Source: Eledone cirrhosa (Eukaryota). Taken from it: 64,000 bases of DNA. This document shows positions 11,761 through 25,502 of the stretch, one piece after another (positions within the stretch are counted from its first letter, which is position 1; the number at the start of each line of letters is the position of its first letter). The DNA lies in NCBI GenBank assembly GCA_964016885.1, contig OZ024758.1, positions 3,844,001 to 3,908,000 on the forward strand. Direction: 5' to 3'. The position numbers were made by a program, and so were the translations under genes. The notes under the pieces are model-generated. The model worked only from the letters and a program-made list of their open reading frames with translations. It was not told where the DNA came from and did no database searches.

Positions 11761-12750
11761 CAGATGTATACGTACGTAACATACACGTACAGACATACAC
11801 ATAATGTGCAAGATTCCATTCTTGTCTGTTTTATTGTCCTCCTTTTTAAGCCATTGCTCAACATGAATGAATGGCATGCACTTAATGCACGCTTGTGCGA
11901 TTCTAACTGCAATTAATGCAAATCTTTTTTAAATTGGATTATTATAATTGATAAAAAACTATCAAGATTCTTGAGATGAGGGAATTTTTGTGTATTTTTC
12001 ATTATTTTATTATTAATTTTTAGCTATTTTTTATGTATTTTTCGTTGGTGTTTTGTATTATTTTATATTTGTGAGATGTCGTTGTTGATGTTCATAATTA
12101 TAGTTTATGTAACAATTATTTTCTTAACGATAGAATTAGTGTTTAGCTGATTATTATGATCCTACTGCTAGACGTATGATTGGCATAACTCCCATGTATT
12201 TTATTTTATCGATTGAATTCCTGAGACTAAAGCTGGAAAGAATAAATATATAAATACAGAAATTATTATATAAAACAATACAACAAACTAAACTATAAAG
12301 ATGAGAATAATTTAGCAAGGGGTAGGTGGAAGAAAGTCAATTAATGTTGGATTTAAAGTACTCCGCCATCTCCCATTCGGTTACATAAGCAGATGAAATA
12401 GTTGACCCACTATTAACCAAAAGGTTAACGAATGAAGACAATAGAACAATTTCCTCTCACTTCGTTGGCGCAAGTATAGCGTTGTAGTTAAAGTTTTTGT
12501 TTGGCAACTCTTTTGTTTCATGTTCGATCTAACTAGAGTGTTTCCTGCAATTAGCTGCAAACACACCCCATACACACTCTCATACACAAACACACACGCA
12601 AACACACGCAAACACGCACACACATTTACACACATATATATGAGCTGGTATATATTTGTAATTTTTGATTATACACATTTACGGCCGTTTCACAATACAG
12701 ACCTCGATGAGAAACCTCGCTTTTGCATTTAATATATAGTACATTGTCTG

Positions 12751-13100
12751 AAGGGTGATGGAATGGCAGTATCTAAAGACCTTCGGACAATATGTATTGC
12801 AGCATAGAGTTGTGACCCTTTGCTGTCTCAGTTCAAATCCCACCGATTTTAGCTTTGCCTTTCATCCTTAAGTTGTCGATAAAATAATTGTTTCTACTTT
12901 TGGCACAAGGCCAGCAAATTACCCAGTACATTACTGGTACTTTATTTTATCGACTCCGTAAGGATGAAAGGTAAAGTTAACCTTGACGGGATTTGAACTC
13001 AGTTGTTGATAAAATAATGCATCAGTAATACACTGGGGTCGATATAATCGACCACCCCTTCTTCAAATTGCTGGCCTTGTGCCTATAGTAGAAACAATTA
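12751..13100 (+). mobile_element. Long SINE B host copy interrupted by an antisense insertion
   Basis: 5' half 12751-12888 and 3' half 13001-13100 join into one long-variant copy. Confidence 0.85.
12889..13000 (-). mobile_element. 5'-truncated short SINE B nested in antisense, with 18-bp TSD
   Basis: Flanked by agttgtcgataaaataat (12871-12888) and agttgttgataaaataat (13001-13018). Confidence 0.88.
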
Positions 13101-13452
13101 ATGTATGACCTTAGATTCGTTTCTCTAATAGTTTCTGGAACTATGAAATATATTTCCTTACTATATATTCATATCAGGCTGTACAACTTATCTGTGTTTC
13201 AATATATTTGTTCTACTAATCTCTAGAGTAACAAATAACTTGAAGATAATACGTTCCTAAATGCATATATTTGTCCACACAGGAAGTAAATAGGTAAATG
13301 TATGTGTGCATTACTTGCCATTATATTATCTTAATTAATATCTGAAAGATATTGTGATGTCATGTACCTCTATGTTTGTATAGCGAGGATTGGAAAAAGT
13401 TCTTATAAACATTTGGACAACTATCAGACAGAGAAAAATATATATGCTGTAA

Positions 13453-13517
<65 letters not shown>

Positions 13518-14384
13518 TGTATCCCACACCAACTCTCGAGCGTGAACCTAATACCAACACTGTTCGTACTGCACTCTTTCTTATTGTTTTTGTTTTTTTT
13601 ACTTATATATATATATATATATATATATGCTGTAAGGAATAAATCGAATAATGTAATAACTTCCTGGAGGTTTCGGTCACTGAGATAACGACTGAGAAAG
13701 ATTATTTTTAAGGAAAAGAGTACACATTTAGTTTAATATTTCACATCAGGGATTTCACACGCTTTAACACGCTTTAACACACTGCCAAGGCCGATCGGTG
13801 TACAGGGTGAGCATAACATGTTTCCCTGACTAAAAACCTGTATTAAGCAAAACATAAACAAGATAGCAAAACACTTTTTGGCACACTTATTGCATATGTC
13901 TAGAAGTGAATTTCAACATGGGCCCCACTCGGAGCACAACTAAGCAATAGAGAGACATGGTATTTTATTATCAGGGAAAGACTTTATACTTACCGTGTAT
14001 TTTACGTAGTATATATTATATTATCAAACTTAAAGGGCAAATATGACAAGTTGAACCAGGACATTACAGTAGAATATCAAAACATGCAAGGACATATTCC
14101 ATTGTAACTATTTGTCACCTTTCCACCAGGCTACAAAAGAGTCAATAAAGATTTGTAGTTTTGATATAAGGTGGCATATTTATTGAGAGCCGTGTAAATT
14201 ATTGTATCGGATACAACACGTACCTGGTACTAAGTTGATCGCTTTCGAATGGATAAGATCAGGCCATAAAGCTGTGTTTATAAATGGTGTTGAACATTTA
14301 GTTGAGCGCTTCTAGCATAACGTTAGAAATACACATTTCGTAGAAGGAATGTACTGCGACTTTTATCGTGTCCATTACCAAAAC

Positions 14385-14510
14385 TATACTTATTTTATTA
14401 ACCGTAGAACGATGAAAGACGAATTTGAGTCCAGTAGGAATTAGAAATTAGATCATAAATGAACGTAACTAAATATTATAGCATTTAGTCTAGCATTCTA
14501 TCGTTTGTAC
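14385..14510 (-). mobile_element. Highly diverged SINE B
   Basis: tacttattttattaaccgtagaacgatgaaagac...gatcataaatgaacgtaacta. Confidence 0.5.
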
Positions 14511-14810
14511 TGTAAAACTCCACAGCAATATAGCAGGGCTAATGATAATAAAAAAAACAATATGCAAAAAGCGTGAAGATGCCTCAGTATAAATACTAGT
14601 ATATTACGAGTGTACACACATATATAATACGCATGTACAGACATATGTAATACACGTGCACACACACATGTACATGTATGTAGTCTAAATTCTAGGATTA
14701 TTGTGTTGTCAACTTATGTTTCAGTAATATTTATGTATTTTTCATACTCTCTTTTGACTTCAAACTGTGACATTGTAATCGCATCTTTACATATAAATAT
14801 GTGTATATTA

Positions 14811-14846
<36 letters not shown>

Positions 14847-15102
14847 TGTGTTTTGTCAATGAGTGTTTGTGGGGAGAATGTAAGAATTCTCTTGCCCTAT
14901 TATGGGAGTTTATTCACACATGTGTATCATGTATAAACAAACATGTTATGTGTACATCTCCCGTGTCACAAGAACGTGTGTATATATATATGGGTGTGTG
15001 GGTGTAAATATAGATTATGAATCTATGTAAGTATGCATATATATATATGTGTGTGTGTGTGTTTGGGTGGCGGGTGTGTGACCGTGTGTATGTATGTATG
15101 TG

Positions 15103-15143
<41 letters not shown>

Positions 15144-15481
15144 TGATTCTGTGTTGCTATGTCTGTGTATTGGTGTGTAACAAACAGTCATTACGGACAT
15201 TGAACATGCTTCAGGAATGAAACAACGTTGAAATATGTAAAAGCATGAGTACATATTGTACCCCCATCACCACACACACACATACACACATTTATAAGTA
15301 TATAACAACACAGTGTCTTTCAAATACTAGTGAATACAGTTGTATGTAGTGTGGGATATATGACAACTTCACAGCCATTGCAGAGAACACGATGTCACTT
15401 TGGTATCGCTTACTCTTCAATACTTCAGATTCTTAAAGCGACTCTCGTAAGGAATTAAGAAAGATGGTGGTATCTTTAAAC

Positions 15482-15756
15482 CACGCATGGGCAATCTTTT
15501 TCGAGAAGCGGGCCGGATGAGATGTGGTTCATCATCAGGCGGGCCGGAAGTGGTAATTTACATTCGTACCCACATAAAAAAAAGGTGGTAACTCGGGTTG
15601 TTTTGATTTGTTACTTCAGACATTGTACATGTTGTTTTCCTCGCCAGAAAGATAGATTACGAGTGAAAACTTTTGGTAAAAAAATCAAAGATTTCACTTA
15701 GCTGACTTAGGCGAGCCATTCAGAAAACATCGCGGGCCGCAGGTTGCCCATGACTT
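15482..15756. mobile_element. hAT (Charlie-like) MITE
   Basis: TIRs cacgcatgggcaatct / aggttgcccatgactt; 8-bp TSD ctttaaac / ctttaaaa; subterminal gcgggccg motifs typical of Charlie-type MITEs. Confidence 0.85.
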
Positions 15757-15799
15757 CTTTAAAATAAGACATCCTACATTGTGGTGACAACACGTTGTT

Positions 15800-16200
15800 G
15801 GCCATCTCCCTATACGATTTACATAAAGCTGTAAACAAGGTCGCCTGAAGATCGATTCCTTTGGTTGCATCATCAGTATTAAAATACAGATGTGATGTTT
15901 CAGTTAAACCGTATTTTGTCTCATAACCAGATCTGCTGTCAGGAATTGGAGAAAGAGATCATGTGGCGAAATGCCTTCACACAAAACGAGATCAGTGTGT
16001 ATAAGATAAACTCAGGAGTCTTCTCCGCTGCTTCAGGTCACATAATGATTTCCAATTTCACAAGTAGATAACTGTATATACTACCACGTTTTTATAGAAT
16101 ATAGATTAAAGAATGTAGACCTGTTCCACCATCGATACTTCGTTAAAATAGAAACCAGGAGATCCTGAAAGACAAAGAGAAAATATGGAGTAACTATATA
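15800..16200 (+). pseudogene. Possible highly decayed LINE RT fragment
   Basis: Translated scraps LYDLHKAVNKV (cf. LDxxKAFDKV) and INSGV (cf. xxSGVPQG) in the right order; many stops. Confidence 0.3.
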
Positions 16201-16464
16201 TGGTGTGCAGAGGTAAAGAGCAAACATTATTGAAGAGGTCATTGGCTGTGACGAATGAACGTTGACGAACCAATTAATTAATTAGCTTATAAATCAACTG
16301 ATTGATGGATTAATTATCTGGATAATACTACAGAATTGAAACTCAAACGGTGCGTGTATTTTGATTGGCAGTATGCTTTTAGCTGTGTACAACGATATCT
16401 GTTTCAACAAACTATTTCACGTCAAGTCTAGCAAAACATAAAAACGAAGTCTCTCTCTGTATAT

Positions 16465-16502
<38 letters not shown>

Positions 16503-16523
16503 GATTTATATTTGGTTGTATGC

Positions 16524-16579
<56 letters not shown>

Positions 16580-16581
16580 GT

Positions 16582-16649
<68 letters not shown>

Positions 16650-16705
16650 TTATATATATATATATAGATAATTCATATATATGAGTGTCTGTGCATAAAT
16701 GTATA

Positions 16706-16753
<48 letters not shown>

Positions 16754-17038
16754 GTGTGTGTGTTCATGTGGGAAGCTGTCTGTGTAATTCCTGACAAAGA
16801 ACTGTCTTGATACTTCCCCGTAGCAATGTAACGTACTTTATTGCTATATCTGACTCATATTTATAGCCATGAACTATAATAGTTTATCGCATGATGTGTG
16901 GAACTATCAAAATCATGTTTCAGTTTATGACAATAACATAACAGAACCTCTCCCAACTCCGCTCAAATCTCTGCAACTCTTTCTCACTGCTTTCATTCTT
17001 TATCTCTCTCTACCTCTCTTTCTCTATTAAATACACAT

Positions 17039-17074
<36 letters not shown>

Positions 17075-17198
17075 ATGTGTGTATGTGTGTGTGAAAAGAA
17101 AATTTTCATCCATCTACACATATGAATATGCTTCCCATAAAATCATAGACATAGACACACTTATATGCATAAGATTAAGAGACGTGCAGAATCGCCTA

Positions 17199-17372
<174 letters not shown>

Positions 17373-17483
17373 CGTATAAGACATACACAATTTATAATCT
17401 TTCCTCTTCATATGAAACATATATATTTTAACACAAAGGCACACACACACCGACCAACAGTCAGAGAAAAATAAGGACAGACT

Positions 17484-17525
<42 letters not shown>

Positions 17526-17709
17526 GTGTGAGAGTCTGTGGTGATGAGACCGGCAAACCACTAATCATGGGAGTACTCAATATATGGGGAGATGTATAGT
17601 GTGTATAGAGATAAGCAAAATCACAAGTACGGCGTCACGAATAATTTAACCTCTGTGGAATGAACAGCAGAATACCTGTCGTCGAATATGACCACTATAC
17701 ATCTATTCT

Positions 17710-17723
17710 CCACCAGATGGCAG
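17710..17723 (+). promoter_or_regulatory. CTCF-like motif
   Basis: CCACCAGATGGCAG matches the CCASYAGRKGGCRS consensus exactly and lies in non-repetitive DNA. Confidence 0.35.
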
Positions 17724-18292
17724 GATATATGGCTGTGTGATCAGTGTGCTTGTGCGTGTGTGTATATTTTGATTCGGGTATGGAAAATTGAATAAAAAGG
17801 ATATATTGAGGTGGGCAAATAAAGAGAGAAGTAAGCTATTGATGTTAACAATATACTGAAAAGAATCGTATAGTGGCTTCGAAATTGTTATTGATTTCAG
17901 GGTTATGTAAAGCATGTATACATATAAGAACATGCTCCAAAACACACATGCACAAAGACATAGATCGGCGTGCATTCATGCAATCGCATGTCTGCAAATC
18001 TCTTTCTTTTAAATATAATGGATAAGAATTCATATCGGAAAAATCCCTAATATTAAAACATTTTAAAAAATATGAAAATAGAATGTTATATGAAATATAT
18101 TAAATGTTATATGGAATGTCAATACTGTTAGGAAGCTGCAATAGTTAGCTTTTGATCACGGATATATCTTTCTTGCACAATGCATCTCTCTCTCTCTCTC
18201 TCTGTGAGTATGTATGTATGTATGTATGTATGTATGTATGTATGTATGTATGTATGTATGTATGTATGTATGTATGTATGTATGTATTACTT

Positions 18293-18472
18293 TTATAGGA
18301 GTAGAATAGTTTCATTCGAATGAATCAAGATATTCCTGAGGATTTTATAAGAACAAAACAGTCCTAGTCCACTAAAATTAATTTCTATAAATGTAATAAA
18401 CCTGTTTTACTGTAACAAAATATTAAGTACACCTTTTAAATGCCGATGCCTCTAGACACAACTCTGGGTTCT
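18293..18472 (+). mobile_element. PLE-like terminal remnant (family H3) with near-intact HHR core and an inverted partial copy
   Basis: CTGAGGA-ttttataagaac-aAAAC-agtccta-GTC at 18336-18369 (G12 changed to A); 18293-18328 is an inverted partial copy. Confidence 0.5.
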
Positions 18473-18474
18473 AT

Positions 18475-18507
<33 letters not shown>

Positions 18508-18550
18508 TTGTTTTGCAATGTTTTTTATATGAAATCGTGTGTCGAAACAC

Positions 18551-18752
18551 ATATTGTTATATTTGGGGAGGTTCATATTGTTATAATATTGCCAGAAATA
18601 ATAACAGTACACACTTACTGTTTGGTTTGGGTTGGTTTTCGCTTCTGTATTTTATATCTCCATAGTTAATTTATTTAGAAATCAATGTTAAAACAATGTT
18701 AATATTTCTGGCAATATTATAACAATATCATCCTCCCCAAGTATAACAATAT
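18551..18752. repeat. Inverted repeat with arms of about 55 bp inside a (TA)n-flanked insert
   Basis: atattgttatatttggggagg...attgccagaaata pairs with tatttctggcaat...cctccccaagtataacaatat. Confidence 0.85.
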
Positions 18753-18796
18753 ATATATATATATATATATATAAATATATATATAATAATGTATAT

Positions 18797-18986
18797 GTTG
18801 GGTGGTTGCAGTTAAAGTTAATATATTCAAGGGATTCGTTAGCTTTATGGAAGTGGCTAAATCTAAAATAACGTCTAGGAATTTAGCCCTAGTCATGTCA
18901 GACTCAATGGTGATCTCTAGGGCTAGATTACGGACGAAAGTGTGGAGGCTTTTCCGAAACCCATCGTTGATTCTGGGCCCACTCCG
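18797..18986 (-). pseudogene. Penelope-like element reverse transcriptase fragment (C-terminal RT/thumb)
   Basis: Minus strand gives SGPRINDGFRKSLHTFVRNLALEITIESDMTRAKFLDVILDLAT, then after a frameshift FHKANESLEYINFNCNHP; matches the PLE pattern LxITIExNxxxVxFLDVxLDL...KPNxxxxYIxxxSNHP. Confidence 0.75.
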
Positions 18987-19527
18987 TTACTCTAAATGTA
19001 CCATACCTTACACAATAAGGATTGGATTTCGTTGAGTATGATATATATCCTATTTGTTTTAAAAGATATAATCCAGAATTCAAAAACTTGTACGCAATCA
19101 ACCCGACTAAATTTTACAATAATTTTCCATAAATATTCCTGTTGGAAAAAATCTGCGGAGCCTTCTTAATTTTCATATCATGTGAAAACTAAAAAGTGAG
19201 TCGATAATATTGTGGGTGTAAGGATTAAAGAGCGAATTACTATTGAAATAATTTATGATAGTCATCATCTCTAAACAAGACTGTTAAAGTTCTGTGACTC
19301 AACGTTATAACGATCACTGTAATTAATTAAGCAAAGTTATTAACACAAAGACTAGGTTACCTCTTAATGAATGAATCTGAAATAACTAAAAAAATGTAGA
19401 AACTCATCATAAGTAATGCTATTCTATAACTGTATGATCCCTAGATTCGCCAGCGAATTTAGGGATAATACCCACGTGCACTCTCTCCCTCCCAAGCACA
19501 CACACACACACACACACACACACCCAC

Positions 19528-19570
<43 letters not shown>

Positions 19571-19649
19571 CATATACATACATATATATGTACATATATA
19601 TGTATGTATATGTACGCGCACAGACACACACCCACACAAACACACACAC

Positions 19650-19682
<33 letters not shown>

Positions 19683-19992
19683 ATATATATATATATATAT
19701 ATGCTCGTTGTTCTCGTATAGAGGAATTCTAAATACATAAGATCAAAGAGATTTATGTTACAAAGTATAAGCTTTTAACATACTAGTGCCAGGCTAACTC
19801 AAGTATCATGCTAAGGATTTAAATCACACATACACAAAAAACACTCACGTATCCACTCACTCACACACATCCATTCACACTCACACACACACACACACAC
19901 AAATATATAAATATATATATATCTATACACACATATCGCTCTTCCTCTCCTCCTCTCTCTTTATATATATGATATGATATAATAAAGATAAT

Positions 19993-20094
19993 TGTTTCTA
20001 TATTTTGGCACAAGGCCAGCAATTATCCAGTACATTACTGGAACTTTATTTATCGACCCCGTGAGGATGAAAAGCAAAGTTAACCTCGGTGGGG
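19993..20094 (-). mobile_element. 5'-truncated short SINE B with 9-bp TSD
   Basis: aaagataat at 19984-19992 and 20095-20103. Confidence 0.85.
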
Positions 20095-20270
20095 AAAGAT
20101 AATATAATATAAAATGCATATGCATAAAAACATCTCATTTCCACCCTCTCTCTCTCTCTCTGTTTTTATCCCTCTCTCCCTCTCTCTGTCTATCTATTTT
20201 TCTCCATCTCTCTCTCCCTCTGACTCTCTCTCCCACTGACTCTCTCTCTCTCTCTCTCTCTTTTTTCTTC

Positions 20271-20305
<35 letters not shown>

Positions 20306-20569
20306 TAGTTTGTGCTTCTGTATGAAAATAGAGAAAGAATCGGATGGGAGAGGGAAAAGAAACTTGTGCTAGAATGTGTAAAATGGAACGTTTGAAGTCT
20401 CCATACATTCCAGACTTTAAACACACTACATTGATTTACTTCATTCTTAGCATTCTTTTAATCTTCCCCACCATTCCACCGTTGTGGCTGTCCTTGTCTT
20501 TTTGCCTGCCTGTATCAGTTCACCTCAACTCATCCTACAAACATACATACACTTGGCACATACATACGT

Positions 20570-20605
<36 letters not shown>

Positions 20606-20629
20606 ACACACACACACACACATACACAT

Positions 20630-20690
<61 letters not shown>

Positions 20691-20693
<3 letters not shown>

Positions 20694-20833
20694 CGAAGGA
20701 AATGTGGTAAGGAACCGAATGGACCATAACGCACCAAAGTACTCAATACTTAGGGTAGTAGAGTGGGTAATAGGAACAAGTATGACCCCGTCGAAACGGC
20801 TTGAGCTCTGCCGTCGGGGTCATACTTGTTCTT
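20691..20833. mobile_element. (TA)n-embedded PLE-like fold-back insert (family H2)
   Basis: taggaacaagtatgaccccg...cggggtcatacttgttctta inverted arms enclose GAAACGGC-ttgagctct-GCCGTC. Confidence 0.75.
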
Positions 20834-20960
20834 ATATATATATATATATATATATATTTAGATATTGCTATATTTGCACATATACTTATATATTGACACA
20901 CATTGTACATACTTGTGTACATAGTACAGTCTTATATATTGCTATACATTGTACTTACTC

Positions 20961-21001
<41 letters not shown>

Positions 21002-21039
21002 TATACTTACATATTGATATACATATTACATACTTTTGT

Positions 21040-21112
<73 letters not shown>

Positions 21113-21496
21113 TATTGATAGCTAGATATTCGAAATGACATATACACCTATAATCATATTTATTTATCTTCAGATTAGTTCCTTTCAACAGCATTCCAAT
21201 CCATACTTAGTCGAACAGTTCTAAGTTACAAAGAATTTGCACAAATAAATTTCTGAATCACAGCCATGCACATACACACCTGCACATACACACACATATA
21301 CATATACCTGAACACATATACATGTACCCTTCCGCTAGCAAATTTTCTGTGTAAGCATCCGTATATGTGTTTATACACTGCCATCTAACTCTATATCTCT
21401 ATATAACTATACATCAACACACGCTCTCTCTCTCCTCTCTCTCTGAGACAGACAAACACGCACAGACACATAAACACACACACACACACAGACACA

Positions 21497-21762
21497 TAAA
21501 GGTTGTCCCCAAAAATGTATACACACTTCAACAGCATTCCAATAAATATTACCTGTACAAGTAAGCAAAATGTGTATACAGCTCTCTCTCTCTCTCTCTC
21601 TTTTTCTCTCACGCACACGCATACACACACACACACACACATGTATATATATATATATATAAAGGGTATCCTCAAAAATGTATATACACTTCAACAGCTT
21701 TCTAATAAATATTGCCTTTACAGGTAATCAAAGTGTGCATACATTTTTTGGGGACACACCCT
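21497..21762. mobile_element. Two adjacent Tc1/mariner-type mini-MITEs (about 21497-21580 and 21660-21762)
   Basis: TIR-like agggtatcctcaaaaatgtatatacact / agtgtgcatacattttttgggacacaccct with TA context; a related copy lies at 40945-41026. Confidence 0.7.
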
Positions 21763-21781
21763 CTCTTCCTCTCTCTCTGTA

Positions 21782-22510
<729 letters not shown>

Positions 22511-22904
22511 CAACGTTTAATGGTGTATATGTACTCACACCATCCACTAAAACAGCAGTATGCACGAATCTGATACAAAAGAGATTGCTAAAAAAACGTA
22601 ATTCGTTTTGCATTTGTCAGTTATTTATAACTATCAAACTAAATGTATATAAATGCTACTCTATATGTGAGAGAGGTAGGAATATGAAGCACTTTTTGTC
22701 GTCTCTCAAAGATACCTTTTGAAATCATAGATATAGATTTGAACATTTTCTATGATCCGTGTAATCTATTGAGCAATGATGTTTTATTTTTAATCTAATT
22801 TCCTCATTCTTCTGTATATTGAAATAAGTCGAATGGTTATACAAAAGGGATTTTTCCTCTTCAGACTTATCTCGATGAATGACATTTCCTGCATAAGACA
22901 TGGA

Positions 22905-23000
<96 letters not shown>

Positions 23001-23235
23001 GTGTGTGTATATATAAATATATAAATATATATATATATATATAAATGTGTGTGTGTTTGTATGTGTGTGTGTGTATATATATATACGTGCGTGCGTGTCT
23101 CTGTATGTAGGTATATGTATTGTATGTATGGATACGTATATGTATGTAAATGTATATATATATATAAATATATGTGTATATATATATGTGTAATATGCAT
23201 GTCTATGCATATGTGTATATATATATATATATATA

Positions 23236-23290
<55 letters not shown>

Positions 23291-23295
<5 letters not shown>

Positions 23296-23352
23296 CAGTT
23301 GTGGTGTAGATGTTGAGACGGCAAGAGCTCAGCCGTTGAGCCTGACTCTTTA
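23291..23352 (+). mobile_element. Decayed family H2 remnant
   Basis: gagACGGC-aagagctca-GCCGTt next to (TA)n; a reverse-strand relative lies at 49748-49795. Confidence 0.5.
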
Positions 23353-24421
23353 TAATACAGGCATACTTTACTATTCCAAATAACGAATACTATGTTGAGA
23401 AATGTTCTAACTAGTTTTAAACCGGTTTTTCCCTGACATAAAAATACACGCACACACATATATTTGTATATACATACATACGTCTAAATATATATATATA
23501 TATTTGTATATACATACACATACGGTATAGCTGTACATTGATGGCGAGGTGTGTACATTAATCTTTGAACAGACGAATCATTAAGGGAAATAAATAAATA
23601 ATATTTTTGTCATATATATTCAATATCCGCAGACAGTCTGTTTCTGTTTACCGTGCCTCATCAATTAAAAATGCTAGATAATTAATTGATTATATGATAA
23701 TCAGGCTGATCGAGACGCAAGTAATTTAGTTGATAATTGTTTCATTTTAGATTTTTAATTAATTTGTTTTATGTATTTCTCAGAAATTGGGACATGTTGT
23801 TAAATGTTACAGCTATAGTATTTAACAGACATGGTGTATATGTATATATTTATATGTATATATATATATAAGGGGACACAGTCATGTATCTAGAATGAGA
23901 TGAAGGCGAGGTTAAGTCAACCCAATCTCAGTGTCTACAGACTTTCATTTGTGTCTTGTTTGTTGACTCACTGGAAAGGAGAATGAAAGTAATTATCTAC
24001 AGTCTATAGTTCTTAAAGAACTTTGTTTTAGTCACAAAAGCCTTAATTTATATATATTTGTGCTGATGTAGATTCAAATTTCATCGGTTCTATTGTCCAT
24101 TTCTGTTCTGTTACAAATTAGCTTCTATGCCTTATTTAAATCATCATCATACAGTAAAAGCAAAATACGTTGAAGCTTCTATATTGCTCTTAATCTTTTC
24201 CAATTCCACTCAACATTTCGAAATACGTTCGTTTATTCTCTCTCGGTTGCTCGCTCGCTCGCTCGCGCGCGCGGCGCTCATGTGTGTATACATATAATGT
24301 GTGTGTGTGTGTGTGTGTGTATGAAACAGAGAGAAATACGAAGCAACAAACTGTTCGACATCTGGCACCAGTAATTATTATTAAACTGTCATTTCTAAAG
24401 AATATAGTTATTTACAAGCTT

Positions 24422-24455
<34 letters not shown>

Positions 24456-25457
24456 TAAAAACTCGTAGTACACTGCCAATTCGTTTTATTTTTGTTTTCT
24501 AAATATGTGAGGATCCTTTCACCAGCACAACACGTGTTTAGTTCCAAACCCTAACACATTTTGTACTCATTGAAAGGAATGAAAACATGGCTATATTCCA
24601 AACACGCAGAATGCATCATAACATATTCTTTTGCTAGAAAACTTGAAAGTGGAAAATGTAATGCAATCGCATGTTTGTTTGGTAATTCTCTGCCGTTCTA
24701 TACTGTTCAAGAATCCCTGTGTAACCTGCCAACAGAAGCCAGGGAAAAACGTTAAAAAAATATATATATAATGAAATAAAATATATACTTGTCATTTGCA
24801 CCAGGCTCTTCGGTGGACGCTGTTGCGTGCTAACGAACCATTTGTTTATTATTCATTGCTCCATCTGTTTCTATATACATGCTATTTACGATAAACATTT
24901 GAATGAACTACAAATATAGAGTAGTCGTGATTTATAACTGAGCCGAGTGACTTTTTTTTTATTTGTTTTTTTTTCATTTCGTTAGTGAAGTAAGGAGCAT
25001 TTCCATGACCTTTCAATCAATCAAAATCCATTTCCTGGGGAGTTCGTAGCTGTATAACAAGAAACGTAAATGTCTCCCTATGCCGTTGCTAGTTTATCAG
25101 CGAACGCGTTCTTATCGATGTCGTTTGTTATATGAATTCTATTGCGTCATCTTGTTGGGTTTCTGTAGGGAGATATCTCCACTCAAGGTGGAGCCAGTCT
25201 GGTGCTTTTCCTTCACAATCTATTACCCAACTTTTTTTCATTGTTGGCGAACTCCCAAAATAAGGGAAATATCAGTGAAACTGATACAGTGATCGATGTA
25301 GTATGATGATCTGAAGGAAAAATGTAAATGGAACGAGTGTCAGTTCCCAAGCCTTATCAGGGTTAAATGGTATAACGTTTGGGTGGAGTCGTAGAAAGGC
25401 CACGTATATTTTAAAAAGTTTGAGATTGTTGAACATTTATATAGAGCCATGAAATGC

Positions 25458-25502
<45 letters not shown>

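Noticed and set aside
18802-19035. 77-aa plus-strand ORF as a gene
   Set aside because: It is the antisense shadow of the minus-strand PLE RT fragment
25150-25350. Second PLE RT fragment (YIDHCI on minus, FCREIS...TIYYPT on plus)
   Set aside because: The motifs are degenerate and on opposite strands; too weak to call
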